Source of the DNA: the human T2T-CHM13v2.0 reference genome, Homo sapiens
Assembly: GCF_009914755.1 (NCBI RefSeq)
Contig: NC_060932.1
DNA length: 64,000 nucleotides
Strand: one strand, 5' to 3'
The notes under the pieces are model-generated. The model was given only the letters and a program-made list of their open reading frames with translations. It was not told where the DNA came from and ran no database searches. This document shows, piece after piece, positions 60,375 through 64,000 of the stretch. Position 1 is the stretch's first letter, and each line of letters begins with the position of its first letter. A program made the translations under genes and the position numbers.

Positions 60375-62729
60375 GGGATGAGGGGGAATCAGACTGAGTT
60401 CCGGAGAGGGAGCACCCTGCGCAAGGTGTGGGTCAAGGGAGCCCAGCAAATCCTAGGAGCACGGGGAGGCTTGGGGAGGGGTGAGGCACAGTGGTCGGGG
60501 AAGGGTCTGACTTCATCCTCAAGGCAGGGGAAAGCAACGGAAGGGTTTTCGGAAGGGAAGTGACAACTATCACATTTGTGTTTGAAAAAAAAAAAGGGGC
60601 TCTCGCTGCAAGATAAAGACCGTATTGGAAGGGCAAGACTAGAGGAAGCAGGGATGCAATGGAGACTCCAGCAGCAGTGAGGATGGTGAGTTCACTGGAG
60701 TTAGCCTTAAAAGTTCTTCCTGAGAAATCTGGTGATGGTGCTCGGTACAGAATCATAAAGTTTTTCCGTCTGTGTCTTGTAAGTCCTGTGTGGGGCAGTA
60801 TTGACATCTGGGTTAAAAGTGCTAACATTCAACCACACCAGCTGTAGTCCAGGTGTCCTTCAAATGCAGATCTGTTCAAGAATGAAGTGATACATGTGAC
60901 TGGCAAGAAGACAATATTTTTTTGAAAAGACAAATGGTTTGACTATGGTTTGCTTTGCCTAAAGCAGATACCATAGTTAAGTGCAACAGCTCAAGAACTT
61001 GGTAAAACACCACGATTTCCAGACATTGCTCCATGTCGGCGGACAGGCCCTGGGTCCCTTGCATTGTGTGCTATCCCAAATCAGAGGAGACTACTGGCTG
61101 GATCCATCACACACCTGTCCCTTCCCAAGGCTTCACAGGCTAAACAAGCTGTGGAAGGGCCTTCCCTGCCCACTGGCACTGTGTAACCTCAGATCAGCAG
61201 GGAAACAGTCTCCTCTCCAGAGTGTGGTCAATGGTAGCAACCAAAGCAGCTCTTGCAAATGGCATTACAATGAACTGGCCAAATCTCTATGCCGCAGGAG
61301 AATCTAGTGTCTCCATAAATTCAGTGCAACTCTATGGATGTTTCAGACTTTGAAGTTTGCCTGACTTGGGCTGTTTCTGATTCTTCACTCTGAGTTTCAG
61401 ATCAGGTTCACATTTCTCCAAATTCTTTACTAACTCATTTAAGAAACTGGCAGCAATACTAGCTGAGTACTACCAACCTTGGCATTTGACCTGATGGCCA
61501 TCTCCAGAAAGGCTAACACTGCATTTAAATTAATAAATACAAGGTGAGAATTTAGCCAGGTGGGACAGGACGTTCATCTTTTAAGTCTCATTCGGGATTA
61601 AAGAGGAAAACTCCAAGGCCCACATTTTTTAAGTCTTCATCTATTTACCCATTCAGGGCTCAGGTGCAGACATGTGTTTCTCTCTGCCACCCACCCCTAG
61701 GTCCACAGCCTGCTAATGCTCATGTCTTGGATTTTATGGGCAGCCCCAAGGTGGATATGGGTGGGAGCTGAGGCATTGTCGCCATTTACCAAGTGCTTAT
61801 ATGCCAGGTACTTTCCATATATTAAGTCCTTCAATCCTCCCAACAGCCCTGCATGGCTGTGGGGTGGGTATTATTCTCTCCACCTTACAATTGACAAAAT
61901 TGAGACTCAGGGAGCACTATTGAGCAACTTGCTCAAAGCCAGCCAGTAAACATCTGACTCCATCTCACTCCACAGGCCACAGCTCTTCATTACTGCTTCC
62001 TGACGCATGCTAAAGCTCTGCTGATGCTCTGGCCCCCTTGCCCAAGGGTACACTGGAATAGTATGGGACAGGGGAGCCCAACCTCATCTAGGACACTGGA
62101 GGCAATGTTTCAACTGCGTTCTGACGGAGGACTTGACATTGATGTTGGAGGCCAAGGATGTGGCACACAGGAAGATCTAAAAGCAAGTGAAGGCACACAT
62201 TTCCAAGTATCAGTGTACAGCCCAGTGCAGGATGCAGGAAAGACAGCAATAAGACAGGAGAGGCAGCTAGGGAGTAGATTCAGGGGGTGGAAGGGAGGAA
62301 GCCTGGTTAACCAGCCTGGACTTCATTCTAAGGGCAATTAGGAAGCCACTGAAGGACTGAAAGAAGGGAGTGTCAGGATCTGATTTGCATTTTTGGAAGA
62401 TCCCCCTGGCTGCAGAAGGGAGTATTAGGCCCAACACACATACATTTTCAAGTTGGTTTACAATGGAAGTCTTCACATGCCAAGACCCAACTGCCTGGGC
62501 TCTTGGGGGCCACGCTTCAGCTCCACTTTGAGCCAGTACATTCCGTTACCTACTTGGCTCTAGTCCACAGCACCTTGGAATCCCTTACTGAGGGTGTGGC
62601 ATCAGCTATACATTCCAGATTTCATCTCCAGAAGACACACAGTCAGAGAAAGCCCTGCTACCCTCTTAGACAGGTGGGGCGTCCTCTGCTTTTTCTTTCT
62701 GTGTCTCGACAACTTGTTTATTTTTAACA

Positions 62730-63075
62730 TTTTTTTCCTTTCTTCTTTTCTTTCCTTTCCTTTTTTTTTTTTTTTTTTTTTTTAGAGACAGAGTCTCATT
62801 CTGTCACCCAAGCTGGAGTGCTGTGGTACCATCATAGCTCACTGCAGTCTTGAACTCCCCTGGGCTCAAGTGAATCTCCTGCCACAGCCTCCTGAGTAGG
62901 TGGGACTACAGGCATGCCACCACACCTGGCTAATTTTCTTAAATTTTCTTAGTTTTTGTAGAGACAGGGTCTTGCTGTGTTGCCCAGGCTGGTCTTGAGC
63001 TCCTAGCCTCAAGCAATTCTCCTGCCTCGGCCTCCCAAAATGCTGGGATTACAGGCGTGAGCCACTGTGCCCAGC
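62730..63075 (-). mobile_element. AluJ SINE
   Basis: Reverse dimeric AluJ with a long pyrimidine tail. Confidence 0.92.
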
Positions 63076-64000
63076 TTATTTTGAACAATTATTAAAAATA
63101 CAGAAAAGGATAAAAAAGAAAATTCAATCACCCGGAAACACACATGACAAAGATGACCACTGCTCACATAGTGTGTATTTCTCTGATGACATGTTACTTG
63201 GCTACTCTGGCCCTGAGTCTTCCTGGTCTATTCCACGTATATTATATATACAAGTGTATATTGTGTCAATTTAAAGTGAACATAACACAACAACTGAAGC
63301 ATATTCCTATTTTCAATTAAAAGAATATTCTTAAAAACATTTTAAGCATGTTTTTGGTGAATGTAAAATACGTCACCACATGGGTGATGGCACCAAAGTC
63401 CTGTCTTTAAGAGTGGATGGGTCCTGCTCCCTGAGCCCACCTCCAGCCAGTGGGGCTGGCTTCTGGGTGGGACCATCAGCATCCTTAGCTGTCCTAACAC
63501 CCTGTCAGCTTGGTCATGTGTGTGTCGTACTTAAAGCCAATGCTTAGAAGCTTTGTGTTCCAGGGCCTAGCTGGAGGGCACAGACTTGAGCTGACTGCCA
63601 GCTCCTCCCACTGCAAGCCCCGCAGCTGCCCCTGCTATCGAAGATGTTTTCTATGAGCTCTCTCCCTCTATCAGGTGAGAGCCCCAGGAAGCCACCTATG
63701 CCACATGCCAAGAAGGACTCACCATCTTCCTCCTAACCCGTCCCCCTCCTCTTTCCCAAGCTCAGTGGAAGTCATCAACTAACTGCCCAAATGCCAAATC
63801 AAGAAGGGGCCCCTGTTGGCATCTGATCATAGGTACACACGTATACACACGCTTACATATGTACATTTGTATGCAAATGTGATACCGCACATTGGAAACT
63901 ACTCAGACCACCCGACTTCTTAGGGGCAGGCGACAGAACCATGGGGATGCAAGAGCCAGGAGAGAGCTGCGGAGCAAGAGCCAGCCAGGCTCATCCATTC

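Overview
Primate (almost certainly human) euchromatic, non-coding genomic DNA. I find no supportable protein-coding exon: the ORF track consists of Alu-, LTR-, simple-repeat- or CpG-island-derived open frames. About 36 Alu copies or fragments are present (25 on +, 11 on -), including nested and tandem copies with readable target-site duplications (TSDs). Other repeats are a complete THE1B solo LTR, MLT1 LTRs, old L1M 3' ends, MIR/L2 relics and DNA-transposon relics (MER53, MER58, MER5, MER20, MER45A, Tigger4a, Charlie4-like). A near full-length 7SL (SRP RNA) retropseudogene lies at 15580-15863. Two CpG islands organise the window. Island 1 (about 3.6-4.7 kb) has GC boxes, a splice donor and three CTCF-like motifs, and probably starts a spliced lncRNA running to about 11 kb. 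Island 2 (about 51.3-52.0 kb) is an orphan island with YY1, CCAAT, CArG/MEF2+ETS and E-box motifs. Several repeat-free stretches between them carry enhancer-like motif clusters. From memory the layout resembles the LINC01132 region near IRF2BP2 (1q42.3), but this is unverified. I see no evidence for a novel multi-gene system; the findings are regulatory and structural. Repeat subfamily calls are by eye and boundaries are approximate.
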